In this document: piece by piece, positions 56,282 through 64,000 of the stretch
Layout: each line of letters starts with the position of its first letter
Numbering within the stretch: the first letter of the stretch is position 1
Origin: Flavobacteriaceae bacterium
GTDB taxonomy: Bacteria; Bacteroidota; Bacteroidia; Flavobacteriales; Flavobacteriaceae
DNA length: 64,000 nt
Assembly: GCA_035307105.1 (NCBI GenBank)
Contig: DATGMW010000181.1
Location: 3,706 to 67,705 of the forward strand
Direction: 5' to 3'
Notes under the pieces: model-generated
Database searches by the model: none
What the model saw: the letters and a program-made list of their open reading frames with translations, nothing else
Told to the model about the DNA's origin: nothing
Program-made: the position numbers and the translations under genes

Positions 56282-57259
56282 ATGGCGAAGGTAAAATATT
56301 ATTATGATAGCGAAACACTTTCCTACAAAAGAGTTAGAGTAAAGAAATCGAGGAAGTTCGGTATCATTACATTATCGATTCTAAGTGTATTTTTAAGTGG
56401 ATTTCTTGTTTTCCTTATCTACTTAAACATTCCTTTTTTAGAGTCTCCAAAAGAAAAAGTGTTGCGTCGTGAGCTGAATAATCTTGAGCTACAGTATGAT
56501 TTACTCAACAGGAAGATGGATCAAGCTGGAATGGTACTAGATGAGTTAATGGAACGAGACAATACTATTTATCGTGTTTACTTTGAGTCCAACCCTATTC
56601 CGGAAGAACAACGTCGCGCTGGTTTTGGTGGTGTGAACCGCTATAGAAACTTGGAGGGATTTGACAATTCCAACATGATTATTGCCACCAACAGAAAATT
56701 GGATATCCTTACCCGTCAAATTGTAGTACAATCTAAATCACTGGACGAAATCATAGAATTGGCAAAAAACGAAAAAGAACTACTGGCTGCTATTCCGGCC
56801 ATTCAACCTGTGCGTAACGAGGACATGAATCGAATGGCATCTGGTTATGGCTATCGAACAGATCCTTTTACGAAAATAAGAAAATTCCATGGAGGCATGG
56901 ATTTCTCTGCACCTAGAGGTACGCCTGTTTTTGCAACGGGAGACGGAGTGGTAAAACGAGTAGATGGATTGACTGCTGGATACGGAAGACACATCCGCAT
57001 AGATCATGGCTATGGCTACGTAACGTTATATGCACACCTTAACGAATACAATGTTCGCAGAGGACAGCGAGTTAAACGCGGCGACACCATTGGTTATGTA
57101 GGTAGTTCTGGACGTTCTACTGGACCTCACTTACATTATGAAGTGCTAAAAAATGACCAACGCATAAATCCGATGAATTTCTATTACGGAAGTATTAGCG
57201 CCGAGGAATATGCAGAATTATTAGAAAGATCCCAAGAGGAAAACCAATCCTTAGACTAA
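56282..57259 (+). CDS. M23-family (LytM-type) metallopeptidase, membrane-anchored
   Basis: N-terminal TM helix and coiled coil. LytM motifs HGGMDF and GSSGRSTGPHLHYEV. The ATG at 56282 is preferred over the TTG at 56246. Confidence 0.9.
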   Translation: MAKVKYYYDSETLSYKRVRVKKSRKFGIITLSILSVFLSGFLVFLIYLNIPFLESPKEKVLRRELNNLELQYDLLNRKMDQAGMVLDELMERDNTIYRVYFESNPIPEEQRRAGFGGVNRYRNLEGFDNSNMIIATNRKLDILTRQIVVQSKSLDEIIELAKNEKELLAAIPAIQPVRNEDMNRMASGYGYRTDPFTKIRKFHGGMDFSAPRGTPVFATGDGVVKRVDGLTAGYGRHIRIDHGYGYVTLYAHLNEYNVRRGQRVKRGDTIGYVGSSGRSTGPHLHYEVLKNDQRINPMNFYYGSISAEEYAELLERSQEENQSLD

Positions 57260-57591
57260 TGAAGAAGATAGATTTACCAGATAAGAGATACTACACGATA
57301 GGTGAAGTAGCCCAAGCTTTTGATGTGAATCCATCCTTACTGCGGTTTTGGGAAAAGGAATTTGATATTCTTAAGCCCAAAAAAAATGCAAGAGGAACAC
57401 GTAGGTTTACGCAGGAAGACATCAAAAACTTAAAGCTGATTTACTATCTGGTTCGCGAAGAAGGTTATACGCTGGATGGTGCCAGAAAAAAATTAGAACA
57501 GGACTTCACCAATACCGTAGAGCGTTTTGAAATAATAAACAGACTAAAAAAAATAAAATCCGAATTAAAAGAAATCAAAAAACACCTCTAA
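57259..57591 (+). CDS. MerR-family HTH protein (short; no obvious effector domain)
   Basis: N-terminal HTH YTIGEVAQAFDVNPSLLRFWEKEF; 110 aa. TAATG overlap with the M23 gene. Confidence 0.8.
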   Translation: MKKIDLPDKRYYTIGEVAQAFDVNPSLLRFWEKEFDILKPKKNARGTRRFTQEDIKNLKLIYYLVREEGYTLDGARKKLEQDFTNTVERFEIINRLKKIKSELKEIKKHL

Positions 57592-57610
57592 CCAATCAAC
57601 CATCTGCATT

Positions 57611-58198
57611 ATGAAAAAGAACAAATCTTTACTTATTATTTTAGGTCTTATCGTTTTACTTGTAGCCTGGGGCGCTAGCGTAAACAACAGCCTTGTTACA
57701 CTAGAAGAAGGAATAAAAGGCCAATGGGCAAATGTAGAAAGCAGCTACCAACGCCGTGCCGACCTTATCCCGAACATTGTAAATACCGCAAAAGGATATG
57801 CGGAGTTCGAACAAGAAACATTGACACAGGTTGTAGAAGCAAGAAGCAAAGCTACTTCCGTAAATATTGATCCAACCAATATTACTCCAGAACAACTAGC
57901 GCAATTTGAGCAAGCACAAAGTGGGGTAAGCAGTTCTCTTTCTAGACTTCTAGCCACTTTTGAACGCTATCCAGACTTGAAAGCAAACGAAAACTTTAGT
58001 GAGTTGATAAATGAATTAGAGCGAACAGAGAATCGAATCAATGTAGAGCGAAATAGGTTCAACGGTAGCGTACAGTCTTTTAACTCCAAGGTACGTCGTT
58101 TCCCAACCAGTCTTGCAGCAAGCATGTTTGGCTTTGAACAGCAAGGCTACTTTCAAAGTGCGGAAGGTGCTAGCGTAGCGCCAACGGTAGAATTTTAA
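57611..58198 (+). CDS. lemA: LemA-family membrane protein
   Basis: N-terminal TM anchor and conserved LemA segments (YQRRADLIPNIVNT, RYPDLKANENF). Confidence 0.88.
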   Translation: MKKNKSLLIILGLIVLLVAWGASVNNSLVTLEEGIKGQWANVESSYQRRADLIPNIVNTAKGYAEFEQETLTQVVEARSKATSVNIDPTNITPEQLAQFEQAQSGVSSSLSRLLATFERYPDLKANENFSELINELERTENRINVERNRFNGSVQSFNSKVRRFPTSLAASMFGFEQQGYFQSAEGASVAPTVEF

Positions 58199-58207
58199 AT
58201 CGAGATT

Positions 58208-58645
58208 ATGGCAAAAATAGAAGACTTTCTTAATCAAGAAGAACAGCAAGAAGTAATCAAGGCAATACAACAAGCCGAACGAAATACTTCGGGAGAAATC
58301 CGTATTCATATTGAAAAATCTCCAGGAAAAGATGCGCTTAATCACGCTACTAAAATCTTTGATTTTTTAAAAATGGATAACACCCGGGAGCGAAATGGCG
58401 TGTTGCTATACGTAGCTATAGATACACGGGACTTAGTTATACTTGGAGATATTGGCATAAATGATGTAGTGCCTCCAGATTTTTGGGAGTCTACCAAAGA
58501 TGCTATTATAAACGAGTTCAAAAAAGGAGATTACAAAAAAGGACTTATCGATGGCGTATTAAGCGCCGGCGAGCAACTCAAAGAACACTTCCCATTTAAG
58601 AAAGGAAAAGGGAATGAATTGCCAGATGACATCTCATTTGGTTAA
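58208..58645 (+). CDS. TPM-domain protein (no signal peptide)
   Basis: 145 aa with a TPM/TLP18.3-like pattern (SGEIRIHIE ... NGVLLYVAIDTRDLVILGDIGI). 9 nt after lemA. Confidence 0.72.
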   Translation: MAKIEDFLNQEEQQEVIKAIQQAERNTSGEIRIHIEKSPGKDALNHATKIFDFLKMDNTRERNGVLLYVAIDTRDLVILGDIGINDVVPPDFWESTKDAIINEFKKGDYKKGLIDGVLSAGEQLKEHFPFKKGKGNELPDDISFG

Positions 58646-58656
58646 ACCACATATAC

Positions 58657-59451
58657 ATGTTTAGCAACCGCATAAAGCTCCTATTCCTACTTGTTTTCCT
58701 TGTGTTGAGCAACAACATGTGGGCACAGTTTATTATTCCAAGTAAACCACAAAAAAACATGTATGTATACGATTATGTGGACTTGCTAAACAAACAACAA
58801 AAAGAACAGCTAATAAACAAGTTATTCCGATACGACGATAGCACTTCTACACAGATTCTCGTAGTTATTATAGACGATCTACATGGCGAAGACATCAGTA
58901 TGCTCGGAACTAAATGGGCACAGGAATGGGGAGTTGGCGGAAAAAAAGAAGACAACGGTATTTTTATCTTGCTACAAAAAGATAAAACCGGCCCTGGTGG
59001 ACAAATCGACATTGCTACCGGATATGGCATAGAATATCGAATGACCGACCGAATGACAAAACAGGTGATCAATCAAGTGGTAATTCCCAACTTTAAACAA
59101 AATCAATATTACGAAGGTCTAGATCAAGCCACAGATAGGATTATAGCAATCTTAAATGGAGAGTTTGAAGGGCAAGACAAACCTATCCCAAATGGTTTTG
59201 CTTTGTTTCCACTTCTATTTATGTTATTTATACTCCTACTCATAATCTTGAGTAAACGCAATAGAGGTGGCGGTTCAAGTGGCGGACGCAATTCATCCCC
59301 TAGTCTTCTAGACATGCTAATACTTGGAAGCATGGGAAGCTCTTCGGGTAGCGGCTACAGCAGTAGAGGTGGTTTCGGAGGCGGTGGATTTAGTGGAGGT
59401 AGCTTTGGTGGCGGAAGTTTTGGAGGTGGTGGTGCGAGCGGAAGATGGTAA
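58657..59451 (+). CDS. TPM-domain membrane protein, YgcG-like, with a Gly/Ser-rich tail
   Basis: Signal peptide, TPM domain (STQILVVIIDDL ... NGIFILL), a TM helix (LFPLLFMLFILLLIIL), and the C-terminal tail GGGFSGGSFGGGSFGGGGASG. Confidence 0.8.
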   Translation: MFSNRIKLLFLLVFLVLSNNMWAQFIIPSKPQKNMYVYDYVDLLNKQQKEQLINKLFRYDDSTSTQILVVIIDDLHGEDISMLGTKWAQEWGVGGKKEDNGIFILLQKDKTGPGGQIDIATGYGIEYRMTDRMTKQVINQVVIPNFKQNQYYEGLDQATDRIIAILNGEFEGQDKPIPNGFALFPLLFMLFILLLIILSKRNRGGGSSGGRNSSPSLLDMLILGSMGSSSGSGYSSRGGFGGGGFSGGSFGGGSFGGGGASGRW

Positions 59452-59510
59452 AATAACCGCCCTCGCTATATGTTTCTAACGATTAACAGTCTTATGTGTA
59501 ATGCAATAAA

Positions 59511-59539
59511 AAAAGCCCTCGATTGGTTCGAAGGCTTTT
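59511..59539. terminator. Bidirectional terminator between the convergent TPM and der genes
   Basis: 12-position stem with one mismatch (AAAAGCCCTCGA / TCGAAGGCTTTT) and a 5-nt loop. Flanked by an A-run upstream and T-runs downstream. Confidence 0.7.
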
Positions 59540-59543
59540 GGTT

Positions 59544-60848
59544 TTATTTCTTTCTGAAATAGACGGTAACGGGAACTCCGTTAAAGTTGAATTTCTCTCG
59601 TAGTTTATTTTCAATGAATCGTTTGTATGGATCTTTTACATACTGCGGTAAATTGCAGTAAAACACGAATACTGGATAAGGCATAGGTAATTGCATACAG
59701 AACTTTACCTTCACATATTTAGCTTTATGTGCAGGAGGTGGGTTGGATGCGATAATAGAGAGCATAATATCGTTTAGCTCTCGTGTTTTTACACGATTGC
59801 TTCGATTCTTATATACCTGTACTGCCGTTTCTATCGCTTTGTAGATACGCTGTTTGGACAACGCCGAGATAAATACAATTGGCACATCGGTAAAAGGCTT
59901 AATTTTCGTTTCGATATACTCGATAAACTTCTTGGTAACGTTAGAATCCTTGTCTTCTATCGTATCCCATTTATTTATAAGAATTACAATCCCCTTATTA
60001 TTTCGTTCTGCCAGCCAAAAGATGTTTTGCACCTGTCCGTCAAATCCACGACCAGCATCCACCACCAGCAAAATCACATCGCTATTTTCTATAGCACGTA
60101 CACTACGCATTACAGAGTAAAACTCAATGTCTTCCTTTACTTTGCTCTTACGACGAATCCCTGCGGTATCTACCAGTTTAAATTCAAATCCAAACCTATC
60201 GTAATGCGTATCTATACTATCTCTCGTGGTTCCCGGCTCGTCGGTAACCACAAATCTCTCTTGACCTAATAGCGCATTTATAAACGAAGATTTTCCAGCA
60301 TTTGGTCTACCCACTACAGCAAAGCGAGGGATTTCCTCTTCTTCTTTTTCTTCTTCCTCTGGTAGAACTGCCACTACTGCGTCTAGAAGATCTCCTGTTC
60401 CACTACCGCTTACGCTCGAAATGGTGTAATAGGTTTCAAAGCCTAAGGAATAAAACTCCACTGCATCGTTTTCACGCATAGAGTTATCTACCTTATTTAC
60501 GGCAAGAAACACGGGCTTTTCACTTCTTCGAAGCAAATTAGCTACCTCCTCGTCCATCCCTGTAACACCTGTCTCTACATCTACCACAAAGATCAGCGCA
60601 TCGGCTTCTTCTATAGCCAATAATACTTGTTTATCTATTTCTGGTTGAAAAACATCCTCACTGCTTTTTACATATCCACCGGTATCTATAACCGAAAAAT
60701 CTTTGCCGTTCCAAAAGGCTTTCCCATAATGTCTATCACGGGTAACACCGCTTACTGAGTCTATAATAGCCTCTCTGCGCTGTATCAATCGGTTGAACAA
60801 GGTGGACTTACCCACATTTGGTCTTCCTACAATAGCAACTATACTCAT
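59544..60848 (-). CDS. der: Ribosome-biogenesis GTPase Der (EngA)
   Basis: Two tandem GTPase domains (GRPNVGKST and GRPNAGKSS) plus a KH-like C-terminus. Confidence 0.95.
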   Translation of the reverse strand: MSIVAIVGRPNVGKSTLFNRLIQRREAIIDSVSGVTRDRHYGKAFWNGKDFSVIDTGGYVKSSEDVFQPEIDKQVLLAIEEADALIFVVDVETGVTGMDEEVANLLRRSEKPVFLAVNKVDNSMRENDAVEFYSLGFETYYTISSVSGSGTGDLLDAVVAVLPEEEEKEEEEIPRFAVVGRPNAGKSSFINALLGQERFVVTDEPGTTRDSIDTHYDRFGFEFKLVDTAGIRRKSKVKEDIEFYSVMRSVRAIENSDVILLVVDAGRGFDGQVQNIFWLAERNNKGIVILINKWDTIEDKDSNVTKKFIEYIETKIKPFTDVPIVFISALSKQRIYKAIETAVQVYKNRSNRVKTRELNDIMLSIIASNPPPAHKAKYVKVKFCMQLPMPYPVFVFYCNLPQYVKDPYKRFIENKLREKFNFNGVPVTVYFRKK

Positions 60849-60865
60849 AACTTTAATTTATGCTG

Positions 60866-60873
60866 CAAAAATA
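60866..60873 (-). promoter_or_regulatory. Bacteroidota -7 promoter box (TATTTTTG, extended TATTTTTGCAGC) upstream of der
   Basis: Matches TAnnTTTG on the minus strand; 17 nt lie between the motif and the ATG. Confidence 0.45.
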
Positions 60874-60944
60874 CGCTTTTTCCATAGATTTTTAATTATC
60901 TATAAAAATTACATACTCCAAAAGCGTATCTATTTATATTGGGT

Positions 60945-61844
60945 TTAATCTTCTTTGTAACCAAAACGACGAAGTTCGCGGTCGTTTCGACGCCAATCTT
61001 TACTCACTTTTACGTAGAGTTCTATGTGTACCTGCTTGCCAAAGAACTTTTCTAAATCCTTTCTAGCCTCTGTACCCACACGTTTTATAGACAATCCTTT
61101 ATGTCCAATGATAATTCCTTTTTGCGAGTCTCGCTCTACTAAAATAACACTTCGTATACGGATGATATCCTCATCTTCCTCAAACTCTTCGGTTACTACC
61201 TCCACTGAGTAGGGAATTTCTTTTTTATAATGAATTAGAATCTTCTCCCGCACACTTTCGTTTACAAAAAAACGCTCTGGCTTATCTGTAAATTGATCTT
61301 TGGGATAATAAGCAGGACCTTCTGGCAGAAGCTCAACAAGACGTTGTAATACTTCTTTTACGCCAAAGTTCCTTAAAGCTGAAACGGCAAAAACATCTGC
61401 TTTAGGCACCTTTTCTGTCCAATGTGCTACTGCAGCTTCCAACTGTTCTGGGTCGCCTAAGTCAATCTTGTTTATCAATAAAAGCACAGGAGTATCCGTA
61501 GTATTTATCTTCTCCAATACCGTAGGATCCTTCAAGTCCTTCTCTCCTAATTCTATCAAATAAATCAATACATCGGCATCGTCTATCGCCGATTTCACAA
61601 AGCCCATCATGTGCTCTTGTAACTCATAGGCGGGTTTAATTACGCCAGGCGTATCGCTTAATATCAACTGAAAATCGTCGCCATTTAAAATCCCTAGAAT
61701 TCTATGTCGTGTAGTCTGTGCTTTACTTGTGATTATAGAAAGTCGCTCGCCTACAAAAGCGTTCATCAACGTACTCTTCCCAACGTTTGGGTTTCCCACA
61801 ATACTCACAAATCCTGAACGGTGCTTTTGTATACTCATCATCAT
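60945..61844 (-). CDS. era: GTPase Era
   Basis: G1 GNPNVGKST, G3 DTPG, and a C-terminal KH domain (IIGHKGLSIKRVG). Three consecutive ATG codons at the start. Confidence 0.95.
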   Translation of the reverse strand: MMMSIQKHRSGFVSIVGNPNVGKSTLMNAFVGERLSIITSKAQTTRHRILGILNGDDFQLILSDTPGVIKPAYELQEHMMGFVKSAIDDADVLIYLIELGEKDLKDPTVLEKINTTDTPVLLLINKIDLGDPEQLEAAVAHWTEKVPKADVFAVSALRNFGVKEVLQRLVELLPEGPAYYPKDQFTDKPERFFVNESVREKILIHYKKEIPYSVEVVTEEFEEDEDIIRIRSVILVERDSQKGIIIGHKGLSIKRVGTEARKDLEKFFGKQVHIELYVKVSKDWRRNDRELRRFGYKED

Positions 61845-61856
61845 TTTTTAAGGCTG

Positions 61857-61864
61857 CAAAGTTA
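61857..61864 (-). promoter_or_regulatory. Bacteroidota -7 promoter box (TAACTTTG, extended TAACTTTGCAGC) upstream of era
   Basis: Matches TAnnTTTG on the minus strand; 12 nt lie between the motif and the first ATG. Confidence 0.45.
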
Positions 61865-61905
61865 CGGCTTTAAAAGCTGTCGCTAAAGCTGTTAGTGCTA
61901 TTTTA

Positions 61906-63822
61906 TTATTTAACCCATTGGTTATTTTCCGGATTGATATCTGCTAGCTTATTTCTTGGGTCCAATCGAACGGCTTTCACCGTTTTATCTGTTGGAATCG
62001 TATGCATCCAAGTATCTGTTCTATGCCAAATTTCTACTGGCAAACGTATTTCGGACACACTGCCATCGGCAAACTCCACTTCCATTTCTACAGGCAACGG
62101 AATATCTCCTGCATTTTCCAGTTCTAAAACCACCGACCCTGTTTTTTGGGTTACCTCCACAATTCCTAAATCGATATTCCCATTGGTATAAAACCAAGCA
62201 TTCCAGAAGTAAGACAAGTCTTCGCCTAGTGCATTATCCATAAAATTAAAGAAATCCTTTGGCTCTGGATGCTTATAAGCCCAAGTTTCTATATACGAAC
62301 GGAATGCTGGATCGAATCTTTCTGGCCCTATAATATACTCTCTTAACATGAGAAACCCAAGAGCTGGCTTGTAATATACAGATACCCCAATATTTTTCTC
62401 TTGAAGGATGTCGGGATAAGTAGCTACCGTTTCTCTGGTAGGATCCAAAAGCATAAAGAAAACACCGCGTTTGGCCGCATCCATTCTAGAACCATACTCG
62501 CCATTGTTGAAAGCCAAAGTACTATAATGGTTCATAAACATATTTAATCCCTCATCTAGCCATCCGTGTAAGCGTTCGTTGCTTCCTACAATCATCGGGA
62601 ACCAGTTGTGCCCAAATTCATGATCGGTAACGCCCCACAAAGACTCTCCCCCCCTATCGTACTTACAAAAGCTTACCGACGGATATTCCATTCCATTTAC
62701 ATTGGTGGCGATGTTGGTTGCAACTGGATATGGATATTCGAAGTATTTCTCCGAATAAAATTCGACCGATGCTTTGGTGTATTCTGTAGATCTATCCCAA
62801 CCATGCACTTTGTAGCTAACCGATGGATACACCGATTGCGCCAAAGCTGTTTTGCCACTAGGTAAGTTTATTTTTGCCGCATCCCAAATAAAACTTTTGG
62901 AGCTTGCAAAAGCGACATCTCTGGTGTTTTCCATTCTAAAATGCCAAGTCTGTACGCCCGATGATTCTGGTCGTGTGCTCAATCTTCCTACTTCTTCTGG
63001 GCTGATAATAAAAATGGTTTCCTCGCTATTAGCGGCATTTTTCAATCGCTCTCTTTGTACACGAGTCAACACCTCTTTTGGATTTTGCAATTCGCCAGAG
63101 CCTACCACCACATGATCGTAAGGCACAGTAATTTTATAATCAAAATCACCATAGCCTAGATAGAACTCTCCTGCGCCTAAGTAGGGAAGTGTATTCCATC
63201 CTCGCACATCATCCAAAACCGCCATTTGTGGATACCACTGTGCAAGTGCAAAAATCTCTGTATCCTCTGTATCCAAAACGCCCATTCTATCAACGCCAGT
63301 AGAAGGAATGGTATAAGCAAAATCAATAGATATTTCAGCTTCTCCCCCATTTGCAGGAATTGGTTCTTCCAGCCACAGTTGCATGCGTGTATCGGTGATA
63401 ATCGGAGTTACTTCGGATTTATTTCGCCTCACTTTTACGTGTACCGATTGAATATCGTATCCGTCTGTCTCTGCTCCTTCATATCGTGTTTCCCCTGGTA
63501 AGGTAACCGATCCTCTGGAGTCTGCTTTGAATCTATTTTGTTCTAATAATAGCCATACATACGATAACGATTCTGGGCTGTTGTTGGTATACTTTATTTT
63601 TACATTTCCTGTAATGATCCTAGCTCGATCATCTAGCGTAATATGGATATCGTAGTCCGAGCGATTCTGCCAATATTCTGGCCCTGGTTTTCCAGTAGCC
63701 GTTCTATAGGCGGTACCTTCTCTATAAGTAAAATCTTCAAATTTCTTTTGATTGCCAGGAATCTCTTGTGCAAAAAGACTAGCAACGCAGCCAAACAAGA
63801 GTAAATTAAACCAAATACGCAT
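61906..63822 (-). CDS. M1-family zinc aminopeptidase (secreted)
   Basis: Signal peptide. Gluzincin motif HEFGHNWF with the downstream Glu in WLDEGLNMF. Confidence 0.88.
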   Translation of the reverse strand: MRIWFNLLLFGCVASLFAQEIPGNQKKFEDFTYREGTAYRTATGKPGPEYWQNRSDYDIHITLDDRARIITGNVKIKYTNNSPESLSYVWLLLEQNRFKADSRGSVTLPGETRYEGAETDGYDIQSVHVKVRRNKSEVTPIITDTRMQLWLEEPIPANGGEAEISIDFAYTIPSTGVDRMGVLDTEDTEIFALAQWYPQMAVLDDVRGWNTLPYLGAGEFYLGYGDFDYKITVPYDHVVVGSGELQNPKEVLTRVQRERLKNAANSEETIFIISPEEVGRLSTRPESSGVQTWHFRMENTRDVAFASSKSFIWDAAKINLPSGKTALAQSVYPSVSYKVHGWDRSTEYTKASVEFYSEKYFEYPYPVATNIATNVNGMEYPSVSFCKYDRGGESLWGVTDHEFGHNWFPMIVGSNERLHGWLDEGLNMFMNHYSTLAFNNGEYGSRMDAAKRGVFFMLLDPTRETVATYPDILQEKNIGVSVYYKPALGFLMLREYIIGPERFDPAFRSYIETWAYKHPEPKDFFNFMDNALGEDLSYFWNAWFYTNGNIDLGIVEVTQKTGSVVLELENAGDIPLPVEMEVEFADGSVSEIRLPVEIWHRTDTWMHTIPTDKTVKAVRLDPRNKLADINPENNQWVK

Positions 63823-64000
63823 AGAATAATTATTTTTGATAATTAGTTAAGCAATTTACGAGAAAATGAGGAGTAACGGAAGGAGCATGCTATAAAAAAT
63901 TTACAAACCCATTCTCTATCAGAAAAGCTATCTCTACGCTGAACACCGATTAAAAATATATTCGGTATTTTTAAAAGACAGATACATTAAGCCTACACTA

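Noticed and set aside
60871-60929. 10-bp inverted repeat ATACGCTTTT / AAAAGCGTAT with a 39-nt loop between era and der.
   Set aside because: It could be an era terminator, but the loop is long, the stem is A/T-rich, and it overlaps the putative der -7 box. It is too ambiguous to call.
1-64000. Looked for CRISPR arrays, transposases, integrases, phage genes, toxin-antitoxin pairs and recognisable defence-system genes.
   Set aside because: I found no spaced direct-repeat arrays. None of the substantial ORFs shows motifs of these classes. Almost every long ORF is accounted for by a housekeeping or envelope function.

Overview
This window looks like a gene-dense, visibly AT-rich chromosomal segment from a Bacteroidota genome, family Flavobacteriaceae-like. 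The taxonomic call rests on gldJ, porU and porV, a SusD-like gene, T9SS C-terminal sorting domains, TAnnTTTG promoter boxes, and little evidence of Shine-Dalgarno use. I call 58 protein-coding genes and 3 tRNA genes. Nearly all are recognisable core functions: translation and ribosome biogenesis (alaS, obg, der, era, rlmB), purine synthesis (purK, purE), cell wall (murF, mpl, anmK, an M23 peptidase), central metabolism (pdhA plus E2, gcvP, an acyl-CoA dehydrogenase), an ExbB-ExbD-TonB module, and MlaEF-like lipid transport. The best-known accessory-type module is the gliding/type IX secretion cluster gldJ <-> porU-porV, about 7 kb downstream of a T9SS-cargo metalloprotease. Four gene pairs are coupled by a one-base TAATG stop/start overlap, at 4820, 39237, 51934 and 57259. 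I found no CRISPR array, transposase, integrase, phage genes or recognisable defence island, and I cannot point to a clear previously undescribed system. The candidates most worth follow-up are: (1) an ECF sigma factor paired with an 83-aa, six-cysteine protein that has no transmembrane segment; (2) a tightly packed M23-MerR-LemA-TPM-TPM operon of unknown function; (3) a tRNA-Val cluster with a duplicated promoter+tRNA unit flanking an atypical C33 tRNA-Val(GAC); (4) a perfect 19-bp inverted repeat with a competing hairpin between porV and cdd; and (5) a 446-bp AT-rich divergent region between gldJ and porU. All functional calls come from motif recognition in the supplied translations, not from database searches.
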